From Nageia nagi (lineage: Eukaryota; Plantae; Pinophyta), in assembly GCA_050084985.1 (NCBI GenBank), contig JBITNC010000001.1:97402001-97466000 (forward strand): a stretch of DNA of 64,000 bases. The letters run 5' to 3'. Positions 1 through 13,681 of this stretch are shown one piece after another. The notes beneath the pieces were generated by a model, which made no database searches, was not told the origin of the DNA, and saw only the letters and a program-made list of their open reading frames with translations. The first letter of the stretch is position 1; every line of letters begins with the position of its first letter. Made by a program: the position numbers and the translations under genes.

Positions 1-3000
1 AAATGAACATTCCATATCCTTAACATCATCACCTAAATCTAAATCTTCTACTGCTCCATCTTCAATTCTATTTCTATAGGAACTTATAGTTCCCATCTTT
101 CCAACTTCATCAAGATGAACACTCTTAAGTGTTTTGGAGAGCCACTTAGGAATAATCTATAATGTTTTTGGTTGCTCAACAAGTTGAAGAGGTTCTTCAT
201 CCTCATCAAGACTCAAACTATCAAACCCTTCAATCCCATCATCTAAAGGAGCTTTTGGAACTTATGAAGAGGAAGGATTTTTCTATGGTGGAGGAGGTGC
301 TTGTGTTTCTGGAACAAGTGCAACTACTAGATCAAGCACTTCTAAAATAGGCACAAGTGGTTTAGATTTTACTGATTGATCTAATATAGGGATCCCCCCT
401 CAACATTTGAATCTCATAATCATGTTTAGAGAAATGCTTTCCACAAGTAAACCTATCAAGGTGATCAAGCTTTCGCTCAACAATCGAGTCACTCTTGGCA
501 CATTCTAGAAAAATGACATATCTTGCAAAGAGGAACTTTTTTTTAGCTCATTATAAAGCTTATAACCCTTGGTAGTATTTGAGTACCCCAAGAAAATACA
601 TTTTTGACTTCTGACACCAAGTTTGTTTCTTTGTTCCTTAGGGACTAGAGCATAGCAAGTGGAACCAAAAACCCTGAGATGTTGAATGGAAGGAACATGG
701 CCAAACCACATTTCATATGGAGTCTTATCATCAAGAGCATGAGATGGATATTTGTTTCTAATATACACTACATAAGCAACTACATCACCCCAAAACATGA
801 TCTTCACATTCTTGAAAAACAACATTGCTTGTGTAATATTCAACAAAGTTCTATTCATCCTTTCAGCTACACCATTTTATTGTAGATTATAGGGAAAAAT
901 TGTATGATGCTTGATTCCATGCTGACTAAGATAGTTTTTGAATTCAACTGAAGTTTATTCACCCCTATTATCAGAATGAAGTGTTCTAATATGAGCATTT
1001 GCTTCTTTCTCAATCATCACATGAAATTCTTTAAACTTTGCAAAACATTCAAATTTGTTCTTTAGCAAATACACCCAACACATCCTAGAGTAATCATCTA
1101 TGAGGGTCATGATATATTTATTTCTAGTAGCAGAAGGGATAGGCAATGGACCACACAAATTAAAGTGTATGAGTTCTAGTTTTCTACATGCTCTAAAATT
1201 TGAATCATGAAAAGGTTGTTTGTTGTTCTTTCCTAGGACATGTGCTTCATAAGGTTCTATATTCCTAGGAATAGTAGGCAATCCCAAAAAACCTCTCTTT
1301 TTCAACAAATGAAGATCATCAAAATTGAGAAGACCAAATTTTGCATGCAATGAAAGACTAGATGAGAGAGTACCTTTTTCTTGATGGGTGAGATAGGCAT
1401 AGTTTTATGATTTGGTAGAACTTCCATGCATCTTCAATAGCTTCTCATCCTCCTCGCCAGTCATCACCACTTTGTTGTTGGAAGACCTCCTTATCTCCAT
1501 GATGCCATCAAACATATGAATAGAGTGTCCTTTTTGTTGAATGAGCATAAGAGATAACAAGTTCCTTCGTAATTGAAGAAGATAAAGCACATTTTGAAGA
1601 ACCATATCTAGAAGGCTTGGCAATTTGAGTCTTATGGTATCAATACCAAAGGTTTGATATAGGATTTGTTAGCAAAATATACAACACCATCAATGTTGGT
1701 ATGCATCTCTTCAAATAATTCTCTTTTAAAGGTTTATGTGACATGTAGCGCTAGTATCAAGCAACCATGCATCCTCCTAAGATGCAAATGAAGTATTACA
1801 CAAATTTTCAATGGTATTGTTACAATATGCAATAACATAATGAGCAGAATTAGAGTTCTTGCTCTTGTCTTGCTCCTATTTTTCATTCATTTCTTTGATC
1901 TTGTCCCATGGAATGTGACAGGTATTAGCTTCATGGCCTCATCTATCACATCTTTTACAATGGAAATTGTTCCTCTCATCATAATCACTTTGATTAGATC
2001 CACACCTGCCTCTATAATTCCTCCTACCATGACCATGATTGTTGCTTTCACCTCAAGAAAAATCATGTATAATATTCTTTACCTTTTGAGCAATGCACAA
2101 TGTGTTTAAAATACAATCACTAGATTTCTTGCCAAAAGCATTCTCACGTTCTATGAATTTATCTATCAAAGTGTCAAATGTGAGAGACTTTAGGTTACCA
2201 CTAGCTTGCAAGGATTCAAGATAATTTGAATAGGTGGGATACAATGTCTTAATCAAAGTTGCAAGAGCAATATCAATCTTCACACCAATAGAGTCAATGT
2301 CATGCATTATTGCTCTAATTTCTAAAATAATGCCATGGGATCATCATTCTTTAACTCTAGATTGAAGAGTTTCAACTGAAGTTGGATCAATTCTAATTAA
2401 ATGGGAGTCAAATAAATATTTGAGTTTGTTTAATGCATTCCATGCATCATCTATGGAGCTAATGTGTTGTTAACCTCCTCACTAATTGAAAAAGCAATCA
2501 AAGCATATGCTTTACTATTTCTCATGTTTCAAATCGTAAGCTCCTTAGCATCAATCAGTTTGGTAGGTTGGTTATCACCATCACAAATGCCAACCTAAAA
2601 ATTATTGAAAATTAAAGTATGCTTTATTTTCCTAGATGGCTCCAACAATTTTCTTACCAATTAACACAATTCCAACAATGCTCACAAGTGAATGCATTTT
2701 TAAAAACACTTCAATGTCTCAAAATTTTCAAATTTTTGATGTGATCTTTTCTCAAAAAATAAGTTATATAAATTTTGTAATTTTTTTCAAAATATGTACA
2801 TTTTCAAGGTCTGAAAATAATCTCAAATTATAGCCATCAAAATTTTGAATCCAATGAAAAACAAATCATTGAAAATGGACAGAAAATGAAGAAGTTATGG
2901 CCAAATTCTTTTCAAGGTCAAAAGGCCAAAAAAACCCTCAAAATGTTGATTGGGCACATTTTACTAAGCAAAATGTTAACTATGTAGGTGGGCTAATGTG

Positions 3001-3778
3001 GCAAGGGTGAGCTATTGATAGGGTTGGGTGTTGATGTGGTACTAACTGAGCACTAACATGGCACTAACTAGGCTGATGACATGTCAAGTGATGTGGTGTT
3101 GACTATGCAAGCTATGAGATCTAAGTGGTGATCAACTAAAATAGTGGAGTTGTTTGATGTCTAAAATGACCCCTATCAGAGTGTAATGCAAGTGCATTTT
3201 GGGAGGTGCACATGGTCAAAGGAGCTTGGTGTGGGAGTAGGCCCATGGGAGAGTGGTGGCACATTGGGGAGAGGGAGGTGCACGAGTGGTGGTGCATGTA
3301 GAGGGGGTAGCGGTGTGTGTAGAGGGGGTGGTGGTGTGCTGGTTTGAAGTCATGCATATTGAGTCTATAGTAGGTAACACATAGGATGGGATGGCCACTG
3401 AGTGACTTGAAAGTTGAAAATAATTGAAATGATAAGAGTAATCCAAAAAAGAACTTACAAATGAAATTTGAGAATTAGAATTTGCAAAAAATGTAGTTAG
3501 AGAGTGAAAACCTCATAGCTTTGATACCAATGACAAGATAGATAAATCCAAGATCAAAAAGCATTCTATTAGTGTAACTATTGTGTAAATACAATTTGAG
3601 AAAGACTCTTCATGTTCACCTTCTTGGGTGACCTTTGAGATACATTATAACTCCTCATATTCTACAAGAAATGACTCTCTAAATTCTAGCACACTCAAAG
3701 CTACAAATTTAATAAATATAGTAAGTATTTAATACTATACTAACTATACCATAATCCCTAAGGATTAGGTGTCTAACA
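1..3778 (-). mobile_element. Ty1/Copia LTR retrotransposon, 5' half (decayed gag-protease-integrase), continuing off the window start
   Basis: Minus-strand integrase fragments ([51 protein letters not shown]) at 505-1350. Protease WLLDTSATCH at ~1740-1770. gag at ~1800-2700. PBS TGGTATCAAAGCT (tRNA-iMet type) at 3517-3529. Many stops and frameshifts. Confidence 0.9.
3531..3778 (-). repeat. 5' LTR of the left-edge Copia element (~248 bp)
   Basis: Reads TGTTAGAC...CTTGTCA on the minus strand and abuts the PBS. The partner LTR is outside the window, so the outer edge is unconfirmed. Confidence 0.65.
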
Positions 3779-5244
3779 AGTCAATGTATAAAGGCTCTAG
3801 TAAGTGTGTTGCATGTGTGGGAAAAAAATGGGGCCCATGCATAGTAAGCATGGATGGGGGCCACCCACATGGGGGGATGGGCCCACCATGTGGAAACCTC
3901 CACATACTCTTCATACTCCTCATGTTTTTGCCCACAAATCATTTACTTTAGTTCATAGTCTTCACTAGTTGCATATGTGGAGGATGGTGGGATCCAACAC
4001 CACCTTCACTACCCATACAAATGATGCGATCTCCCATAAATGATCAAACCTTATCAATCACCAACTACCCATCTTCTAAGGTACATATGGAGATTTAAAT
4101 AAAAGCACCTAATTTTAGATATTTCTAAAGTGCCACATGGGCTAAGAAGGGAAGATGCCCCTTTTGAACCTATTTTAACTTTTGCCAACTGCCAGCTACT
4201 AGTGACACTTGTGAGCTTTTCATTTGAGCTACCCATTTCGTATTTGCAAGGTATGGGAAAGGTATTTTATCTTTTAACCTATGTATGAGCCTTGGTATTT
4301 TCTAAATAGATATTTTTCATGCTTCAAAAGGCAATATTGTCTAAACCACATGGGGAAATTTTATTTAATTTATAGATTTAGCAGGTACCTACCAAAAAAT
4401 ATTTTACATGTTGTAAAGGGGATAATAAGGCTTATAAAAAGGGGTTCTTTGAGCTCATTTGGCAATGAGAAATTGTATTAAAATTTGAATAGAACATTTT
4501 TTAGGAGAGATTTTGGAGAGGAAGATAATTATGAGATAGAGAAGATATAAGGGCAATGTTTTAGAATTTTTGAGATAGCATTGTAGGGATATTAAAGGAT
4601 GTTCAAGGCTTATTCTAGTTGCAACATTATGGAGACTATTTTGAAGGCTATTGTATTGCATCTCCTTCAATATAAGGAGTTTTTGGTTTTGCTAGTATTT
4701 TCTTCCAAAGAAATAGTTCCCCAGGGTAAAATCGATGTCTCTTTTATGGTGATGATTCTATCTCTTTCTTATATTATAAATTCCTTTAAAATATTGTTGA
4801 ATCTCTTCATTATTGCAAGCACTTAATTATGAGTTAAGTGTGAAATGATCTAAACTAAGTGAAATATTGTAAATTATTTCAAGGAGTTTATGGATCAATC
4901 TCATTATTCCTTCTAAATGAGATTATTTCCTCTACATGGGTGATGAGCACACTGAATTTCATGTAACCTTCAGAGTCTTTAGGATCAATATTGATCACCT
5001 TACCTTCATCCACTATGTTACTAATCATCAATCGTATTTTTGGTGGTGTCTCTTTTGGAATTTTTTTAGAGTTTATGGTGTCTTTCTTGATCATTTTTTG
5101 GAGACCTCCATTATTAAAATGATGATCTCCTCTATCGTATCTTCCAAATAAGTATATTCCACTCCTAGTGATTGATAATGAGGTATATTCTATTCCAAAT
5201 ATGATACCTATATTTAACAAGATGTTAAATGTTGCAAAGATTAA

Positions 5245-7570
5245 TTTAAATACATAAGGATCAAGAATTATTTGATAAGATGCATGATGCAAGCGTAATT
5301 TAGTGGACTATAATGAATCATAAGATATACATTAAATAGATTATTTGAAAAGACTATAGCACGATGCAATACAATTTTATGGACTATAATGATCACAAGA
5401 TATGCAATAATATGTCTTATCTTATGTTCCATTTTCAAATTCTCATGCTAAAGTAGGCAATTGCATTTCAAACATGGAGAATATTCTTATGGAGATTATT
5501 GATTATACAAAGTAATGTAAGATCTAAAGAGTATTCAACAATGACATGGTGCATGCTTTTAGGCAGATATTAAATCATGTTCCATTAAATTGATTCAAAA
5601 AGTGTTGTTAATAAATATTTGTATAAATAGACAATGTTATTGATGGAAATAATAAGGATGCCCTTAATTTAGTTAGATTGAAGTTGAAAAAAGGGTACAT
5701 GCATTATTGACCTTCTTAGTCATGTAGTCTATCTTGAGGAAGCTTTGAAACCAAAACATTTGATTAACAAAATGTATCAGAGAGATACATAATATTTTTC
5801 AAGAATCTTGAACAAATATAGAGTGAAGAAGTAGAGAAGGAGGTCCAAGAGATACAAATATGAATGGATAAATACTTTAAGGAAATAGAAAATACTAAAA
5901 ATATAAAAAAATGTTAGAAAAGGGCTTACAACTAAATCGATAATTTCGTATGAAGAGAGCAAAGAAACTCTTAATTATACTTTTTATCTTCCCTTTATCA
6001 TTTTATACAATCATTTTATTTATATTCATTATTTATAAATTGATGCATATTTTGCACTATCCATGGATAAAAATACCAAGAATTGTTTTAGTGGAATTAG
6101 CCCAAGAATTTTACTTGCATATATGTAGCCATACAAGTTTAGTGGATGAGGTTTGTAACTACTTTAATAACATGAGTAACTATTATTGCATTAACTCCTA
6201 GGATGAATCATTATACATGCATTATTAACTTTCTTGGCCATGTTGGCTATCTTGAGGGAGCTTTCAACTTCACTACTATAATACCCATAAAACTTGAATT
6301 AGGTGAGTGGATCATGTGTCTACTTAGTGATTATAAATTGAATGTTATGGTTTTGAATGCCACGATAAATATGTATGCAAAATACAAAATAAACCTTACA
6401 ATATGAGGGCCTCTTATTACATTATTCTTGGGATGAATCATTATACATGCATTTTTTACCTTCTTGGTTATGCATAGTATCTTGAGGGAGCTTTCAAATT
6501 CGCTTCCACAATGTTTATAAAATTTGAATTGGATGTGTTGATGTGTCTACTTGGTACTTGTAAATTGAATGTTGTGGTTTTGAAAGCCCTAATAGACATG
6601 TATGTAAAATGATGTAGAAGAAAGCCTTATAACATGAGGGACTCTTATTGCATTATTCCTGGGATGAATCATTATACATGCATTGTTGCTCTTCTTATCT
6701 ATTCAAGCTATCTAGAGGGAGCTTTGAACTTTATTATAAAAATATGCATGAAACATGAATTGGATGTATGGATGTGTCTACTTGGTGCTTGTAAATTAAA
6801 TGTTGTGGTTTTGAATGACTTGATAGATATGTATGCAAAATATGAAATAAAACCTTACAACATGAGGGACTCTTATTGCATTATTCCTAGGATGAATCAC
6901 TATACATGCATTATTTAACCTCTTGCTTTTGCAGGCTATCTTGAGGGATCTTTAAACTTCATTGTAAAAAAAAAACCATAAAACCTGAATTGGGTGTGTG
7001 GATGTGTCTCCTTTTCTTGTAAATCGAATGTTGTTGTTTTGAATATCCTAATAGACATGAATGAAAAATATAGAGTAAACCTTTACAAAATGAGGGACTC
7101 TTATTGCATTATTTTTGGGATGAATCAATATAAATGCATTATTTACTTTCTTATCCATGCAGATTATCTAAGGGAGCCTTGAACTTCATTACCAAAATAC
7201 CCATAAAACTTAAATTAGATGTGTTTACTTGGTGCCTATAAGTCGAATGTTGTGGTTGTGAGTGCCTTGATAAATCCTATGTATATAAAATATGGAAGAA
7301 TATAAAAGCTCAAGAATTATTTGATAATATATTACCAAAATACCTATAAAACCTTATTTGGTTATGTGGATGTATCTACTTGGTAGTTATAAATCAAATA
7401 TTTTGGATTTGAATGTTTTGGTAGACATGCATGCAAAATGTGGAAGAATATACAAGGATTGAGAATTTTTTGACAAGATGCATGATGCAAACATAGTTCC
7501 ATGGTATGTAAAGATTGCAGGATATACATAAAATGGGTTTTATGAAAAAGACCCTAGAGACTTTAATTCC
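5245..7570 (+). pseudogene. Scrambled PLS-class PPR gene fragments
   Basis: Motif pieces ELFDKMHDA..WT.M, CSHTSLVDEVCNYFNNM, MNHYTCIVALL..YLEGALNFI, VWMCLLGACK, NVVVLNxLIDMYAK and VDMHAKCGRI..EFFDKMHDANIVPW..IAGY..NGF match P/L/S/S2/E1 consensus. They are out of canonical order and broken by stops and frameshifts. Confidence 0.85.
6172..7260 (+). repeat. Tandem array of five ~230-bp chimeric PPR units
   Basis: Units begin ATGAG(G/T)..TATT(G/A)CATT at 6172, 6403, 6634, 6862 and 7090 (spacing 231, 231, 228, 228). The fifth copy is partial. Confidence 0.9.
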
Positions 7571-8099
7571 ATAAGAATGATAATTGCTTGACAAGATACT
7601 TAGAAGAATACATATTTGTTGCTCTATGCAACCCCTTTGGCTTAGCTATACTCAACCTCCTTAGCTTAACTCTCTCTCAATGGAAAATGGGAAATGCTCC
7701 AAGTACTCTAATGCCTTCATCTTGAAATGGTATAAGCTAAGTTCTCTACCCCTAAAAACCACCACTAAAACTCAAAAATGAGGTGATTATAAATTATTAC
7801 ACAAAAATTGCCTCAAATTACTTGCTTACATTTCCCATTTTTAGTCTAGTGGCATCTTGATTCATATATATATGATGAGTACAAACCTCAAGAATAATAC
7901 CCTTCATATCCTAATAAGTCCAAGTAAATGCCCTAGTGTATTTAGCCAGTGTTTAATTCAACCTCTTTTCTTATTATTACTCGAGATTTATATTGATGTT
8001 AAGATATTTTTATGGAAGGAATTCCACTATCTTTTTCAAGTGTTTTATTATTAGTGGCACATAGTGAGGGGAATTATTCTTTAATAGATTCATCAGTGA

Positions 8100-10410
8100 A
8101 CTCATTTGAAAGGATTTTGTGGATTGGATAAGTAGGACCAAGAGAACATGGTATATTTTAAAGATGATTCTTGAGAGCATCTTCTTCATCCTATGTTTTC
8201 ACAAGTGGAACCTGGTCTAAAGTTAGGATGAACATAATAGCATTACCACTATCTACTTGATCCACCTAAAGAGGATTTTTTTGGTTTTACTGCTAGTTTT
8301 GCAAGTGGATAAAAGATTAAACTTTTTGTGGATGCCTCATAAGGTATTGTAATGTTTCTTATCCTACATTTTATGTAAGCATCTATTGTAGCAAGCCAAG
8401 GGTGGCTTTGAATGATGGGATAACCACCTTGATTTGATTTTAGCTTTAATACTATGAAGTCTACAAGGTATTACCATGAGTACCTATGACAATAATATTT
8501 TCTATAATCCCTTTGAGTGTCACTATATATTTATCATCCATCTGTAAAATTGTTGGAGTAGGTCAAGATATGGAAAAACTCATTTATCTATTATTTCCTT
8601 TTTCATAACATTAGTTGAAACTATATATGAATAAGTACTTTGAAAATAATTATGGCATTGTATCATTATATTAAGATGTAACCATTGTCACTAACATGAA
8701 ATATTCTAGTGTGCCAAATACCTATATATTGTTAGGATATTTCTTTGATTTTGAGGCCTCTTGAGACATAAGACTCATATAGTTATAAATAGGGATATAT
8801 TTTAGTATTTGTATAATAGGGGAATCTTGATAAATTCATTTCATAACTCTCCTAGAAAATAAAATTATAGTTTTATAAGCTCTTTCTATAATGTTAATCT
8901 CTTTGGAAATTATACTTGTTTCTCTACATTTGTTTGTTATGTGAGTGAGTCAAAAGGAGCATGATTTTCAATTTTTATTTGTAATTCATCCTCTTATTCA
9001 ATGATGGATGTATTATTATTTGTCAATATTTTACATGATCTTAATTATACAACATTGATTGCATAGGTCACCTAACATTCTTGTATACATAGTTGGCCTT
9101 CTTTATTATTTGGATAAGGGATGGGCTGAGTGGGTAACAAAAATTAAGGCTTTTACTATGGAGCTACTTGATTATTAGGAGTAGGTAAGCATTGTTGCTT
9201 CTAAAATTATGGTTGAGGATTCTATGTTTGTTAGGGGTATTTCCATGATGCTTGTTGATTATATTACCATTATGGATTGGACTGCTACTGAGAATTCTAC
9301 CATTGAGGGTTATGTGAATTCTATTGTTGATAAGATCCTTATCTCCTTAGGGTATATAAAATTTTGCTAACCCTGACCAAAATATAATTGTATATTATAG
9401 TTAGGCATTCCTTATGGTGTTGGCCTAAATTATGAAGGCATGAATCCTATTTTTCTTTGGAAACAAAATTTATATCCTCAACTTCCTATAATCATATGTG
9501 GTAGGCATTCTTGATTTTTAGAATAATAGGATATTCTTTTTCTATATGCTAATCCTTACCAATATTACAAATATTAGTTTTATTAAGAGGATAACAATGC
9601 TTAGCATTTTTATTAGTACACTTGGGATAATGTATTAATAGTATCTTTTATACTGCTTCCTCATTCTTTGTTACTTTAAAAGTGTCCAGCTATGTTGTTA
9701 TAGAGCTCAAGATATCAATTTTAAATTTTTTTGACAAGTTTCTAACCTCTTTTTGATTATGAGTTTTGATCCTTTAATGAATTTTGTGGCTCTAATATTA
9801 TAGATAGATTTACCCTTTCCCATGGTGGGTCTTGAGTAGTTTTGATATAATATCTTAACATCATCAAAGTTGGCCTAAATTATACCCCTTTCATTTAATA
9901 AATTTAGGGCATTAATGCTTTCATTTGAGATTACTCTCAAAAAAATTTCCTTTATGATTTATGGGTCTATTATGGAATGTTTTAACCTATGAATTTTGAA
10001 TTCAAATCTCTCTAGGTAACCCTCAAGGATTTTTACTTCTTTTTATGTCATTTTTAACACATCATATTTGGGCTCTCTTCCCTTACAATAATATTGATAC
10101 TTATTTATAAATTCTAGCTTCATTTTAACCTATATTACAATATCCTTTTTTCCCAACCCCTTAAATTATATAAGAGTAAGCCCTTTCAAAGTGGTTTAAA
10201 ATACTCTCAATTTCTATCTATTAATTCTATGATCATAGCTATGATATAGAATATCAAATTTAAAGAGAAAGATATTAAGACTTTATGTGGGTTTCCATTA
10301 AATATGGGTAATACAACAAAGGAAATATGTTTCATCATTATTTCCTTTATTGATTCCCTAATCAAAAAATCAAAGGTAGTTGTGGTTACATCTTCTTTAG
10401 CCATTATGGA
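8100..10410 (-). mobile_element. Heavily decayed Ty3/Gypsy gag-protease remnant
   Basis: Minus-strand TFDFLIRES..MKHI..LPIFNG, then LRVF*TTLKG..FKGLG....MK.EFINKYQYYCK (gag). PII..HPWLATIDAYIKCR (protease C-terminal region) at ~8360-8420. Confidence 0.65.
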
Positions 10411-11039
10411 AAAATAGATTCAAAAAAAAAACAAGTGAGGAATGGAAGGATCCTAATGATTTAGAAGAGGAAAGTAATATTTATTCTAGGGTTTTTTTAG
10501 AGGAAGAGACAATGTGCTTTGATTCTTTTAGTGCTATTAATGGGATGTTTGGTAGTTGTTGGTATAGAGCATTATATGTACACAAAAGTTCTATTTTATT
10601 CTTATTATGATTTATTTAAACCAAAGTAAATGGAAGGGTTTATTTTACAAGTGTAAGATAATAAAATACTTAATATGAGAAAGCAAACTAAAATAAATCA
10701 ATTTTTTGTAGAATACTGGAAACAACTCAAGAAATGACACTTTCGTGAAAGAAATCTGCTATCCCTAAGAAAATGATAGATGAATCAATTGTACTGCAAA
10801 ATAACAAGGAGTTTCTATGCTCACACAAATGATAGATAAAATAAATGCACTAAAAGATTTCATAATTATTACCAAGGAAAGTGAAAATGACAATGGAACA
10901 TGGAAATTTGAAGTGGATGACCTTTGGGAGAACTATACGTTCTTACAAAAGGGGACCCTTCTTGTAAGCACTCTAGTATGGTTTGCCAAGGGCTAATGAA
11001 TTCAAGTACTTAATGCAAAATGATTACATTCTGGAACCT

Positions 11040-11430
11040 AATAATTGCATCTTCTTGAAAGTCTTTAGGGCCTTTAATTTATGAAAAATAAATTTTATGC
11101 ATATCTTGCAATCATTGTAGTAAATGACACAATATACTTCATTAAGATATTTTGGCAAAGAAGTTCTAAGCTTCCTAAGCTTACATAGCCAATAAGGTCA
11201 ACATTGCATGTATAATAATTCATCCTAGTAATAATACAATAAGAATGGCTCATGCTATTAAAGTATTTACAACCCTTATCCACTAGAACTATGAAATAAG
11301 AATACATACCAATGAAGTTCAAAGCTTCCTCAAGATAGCCTATGTGATTAAGAAGCTCAATAATACATGTATTATGGTCAGGAATAATGTAACAAGAGTT
11401 GATCATGCTATTAGGGTTATCTACCAAGTA
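11040..11430 (-). pseudogene. PLS-PPR fragments, inverted relative to the 5.2-7.6 kb cluster
   Basis: ORF 11095-11427 has two S2-like pieces (DHNTCIIELLNHIGYLEEALNFI; LVDKGCKYFNSMSHSYCII..MNYYTCNVDLIG), then IVSFTTMIARYA and KALKTFKKMQL. Confidence 0.8.
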
Positions 11431-13479
11431 ATATAAAAGTTATTTTGTTAGGGTTGGTTCCCAAGTATAGCCTCATAAAATGAATTGGGTTCAAAATGGA
11501 TTCATGGCTTTGAGATATGTATACTTCAAAATAACTTCAAGAAATGTATGCTTTGAAATGGATTTGAGATGCTTCAAGATGTATATACATTGATATGGGT
11601 TCTTTCATAGGATCAAGTGAACTTCATTCTCATAGTTATTTTTCAAGGAATATGCAATAATATTTTCATTCTAAATTCACATGAGAACTCATCATGTACA
11701 CAATATTTACTATATTATAAGCTAAATAAAAACATTGATGAATAACTCTAAGAAACAAAAGATACCTCAAATTCTTTACCAATATAGATGGATCTTGGTG
11801 TTTGTTCAACCATGGAAATTATTTATTCATTGAGTATGATCGATCTTCTTTTCAACTTCATACCTACAATCATGTTAATCAAATACCTTTAAATAGGCCT
11901 TATTTGTAATAAACACTAAGATGATTTAATGAAGATGTCAAAATACCTTTATCAAGGTAATCATAATAATAATATTAGGGTATATTCATAATAATTGATT
12001 TATAAAGAAATACACCAACATATTTTGTGATACAAATAAAATACACAAAGTTATGAAGCATCTTTAGAATTCAAGAACAACTTGTAGTTCAACTATAATA
12101 TAGTGGATGTGTTTAACACTTGTATCCAAAATATAGTATAAATACACCACTTCTAGCCAAGTATAAACATGCAAGCAATATATAATTGAATAGTTTTTTA
12201 TAGATATATAACTACTAATAAATTCATCAATGTACATGTTATTTGTGACCATCAAGTATTTTCAAAAAATGCAATTGACTAGTTTTATACAAGATTAAAA
12301 AATGGGGCATGAATAAATAAATAGATATGGTTTCTTTTAAATGCAATTGTGATAATAGCCCTAATAAACATGTATTCAAAATTGCACATCATTAAGAAGG
12401 AAAGTGTTTTATTTAACAAGATATATCATAATGATTATTAATTACTTGCAAGGATTCATTGAAAATGCATATATCCAATTGCACATAGTCTTATCAAAAA
12501 AAGTCTCTTATACTTGAAGTAATTACAAATAGCTCTGTAATTTTAGTAATATTATAATTTAAAAATAATGTGTAATATATGCTAGGAAATGAAGGAGGCT
12601 ACAACATCCTTCACTATGTTCATTTCATCATTCCTTCTATATAAGAGGGTTTCCTCTTTGTAAATGACTTCTACACTGATTTTTCAAAATCCTTCACCCA
12701 AACAATCATTATGTACAATGGCTTCAGGGTCAATACTCATCATTATGCCTTAGATCACTATGATATAATTATGGATATGACTCTAGTAACATGCCCTTCT
12801 CTTAGTATGCATGGTCAATACCACTTTTAGTCCCTACATAAATTCACTTTATATTATATGATATAAACTAATTCAAAATTTTTTAATTTTAAATAATAAT
12901 CATACCATTGACGAATCTAGTCTAAAAGTTATTAAGTTGTTGCATGTGCCTTAAACACAACCACTAATGTTGTATCTAATTACAGGGGTAACATGTAGTA
13001 ATGCTACTTATGTAATTATATTCAAGGAATTATTAACACTTTAGGAGTGCAACATGTAAGTATTTCAAATACAAAATCATGAAAAATTAACACACCAAGT
13101 AGTCGCTTATTCATTGCACAAAGAATTTATGATATGTTTGAGCAAAGAGAAATAACTCATTTATGCTTCAAGGAAAGCGAGAGTAGCTTTTGTAAGAAGC
13201 CAGATTCTTATAAGTCCCTACTATTATTATTATTTTTTTTAATTTTTTCAAAGTAAAAAAAAATATATATTGGAGAAATTAATTTAAAAAACATTTAATA
13301 GGATAAACATTTGAATCCTTACCCTCCTTTGGTTGCCATTGTATGACACCTCTCAACCTAATTATAGGTCTACATAATGATACTTAATTCTAATTTATAT
13401 AGACTTCTTTATGTCACATACATAACAAGTACCATAACCACATGATATCTTATAAACCCCCTTTGATTACCAAAAAAAA

Positions 13480-13681
13480 TCTTCATTACTTTGCAAAATA
13501 ATAAGAATATGTTATTTAACAAAAAATCTTCATCATCCATAACATCACAAGTAACATGATAATATTTTAAATGAGAAGTAGGCTCTTCCTTACCTTTAAA
13601 ACTTGCAACTTCATATTTTGGTTGTACAGGCTTATTAATCGATGGTGAATGTAATGGTTGATTGCATAAATTTTTGAACAA
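13480..13681 (-). mobile_element. Small Gypsy (Tat/Ogre-like) gag fragment
   Basis: PKYEVASFKGKEEPTSHLKYY..TC resembles KLEVPHMEKFRRKEDPREHLKQF..SC at 46173-46457. Confidence 0.5.

Noticed and set aside
3828-3970. GC-rich hairpins (CCACATGG...CCATGTGG) and CTAGT as a Helitron 3' end
   Set aside because: CTAG lies ~70 nt from the hairpin instead of ~10-15, and no 5' TC end or Rep/Hel remnant was found.
4888-5292. 134-aa minus-strand ORF as a gene
   Set aside because: No recognisable domain. It overlaps antisense PPR debris and probable TE remnants.
6172-7260. CRISPR-like or functional PPR array
   Set aside because: Eukaryotic context with whole-unit repeats and no unique spacers. Stops and frameshifts preclude an intact protein.
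8730-9035. Solo LTR (TGTTAGG...TTTACA) in the Gypsy remnant
   Set aside because: No TSD and no second copy to confirm it.
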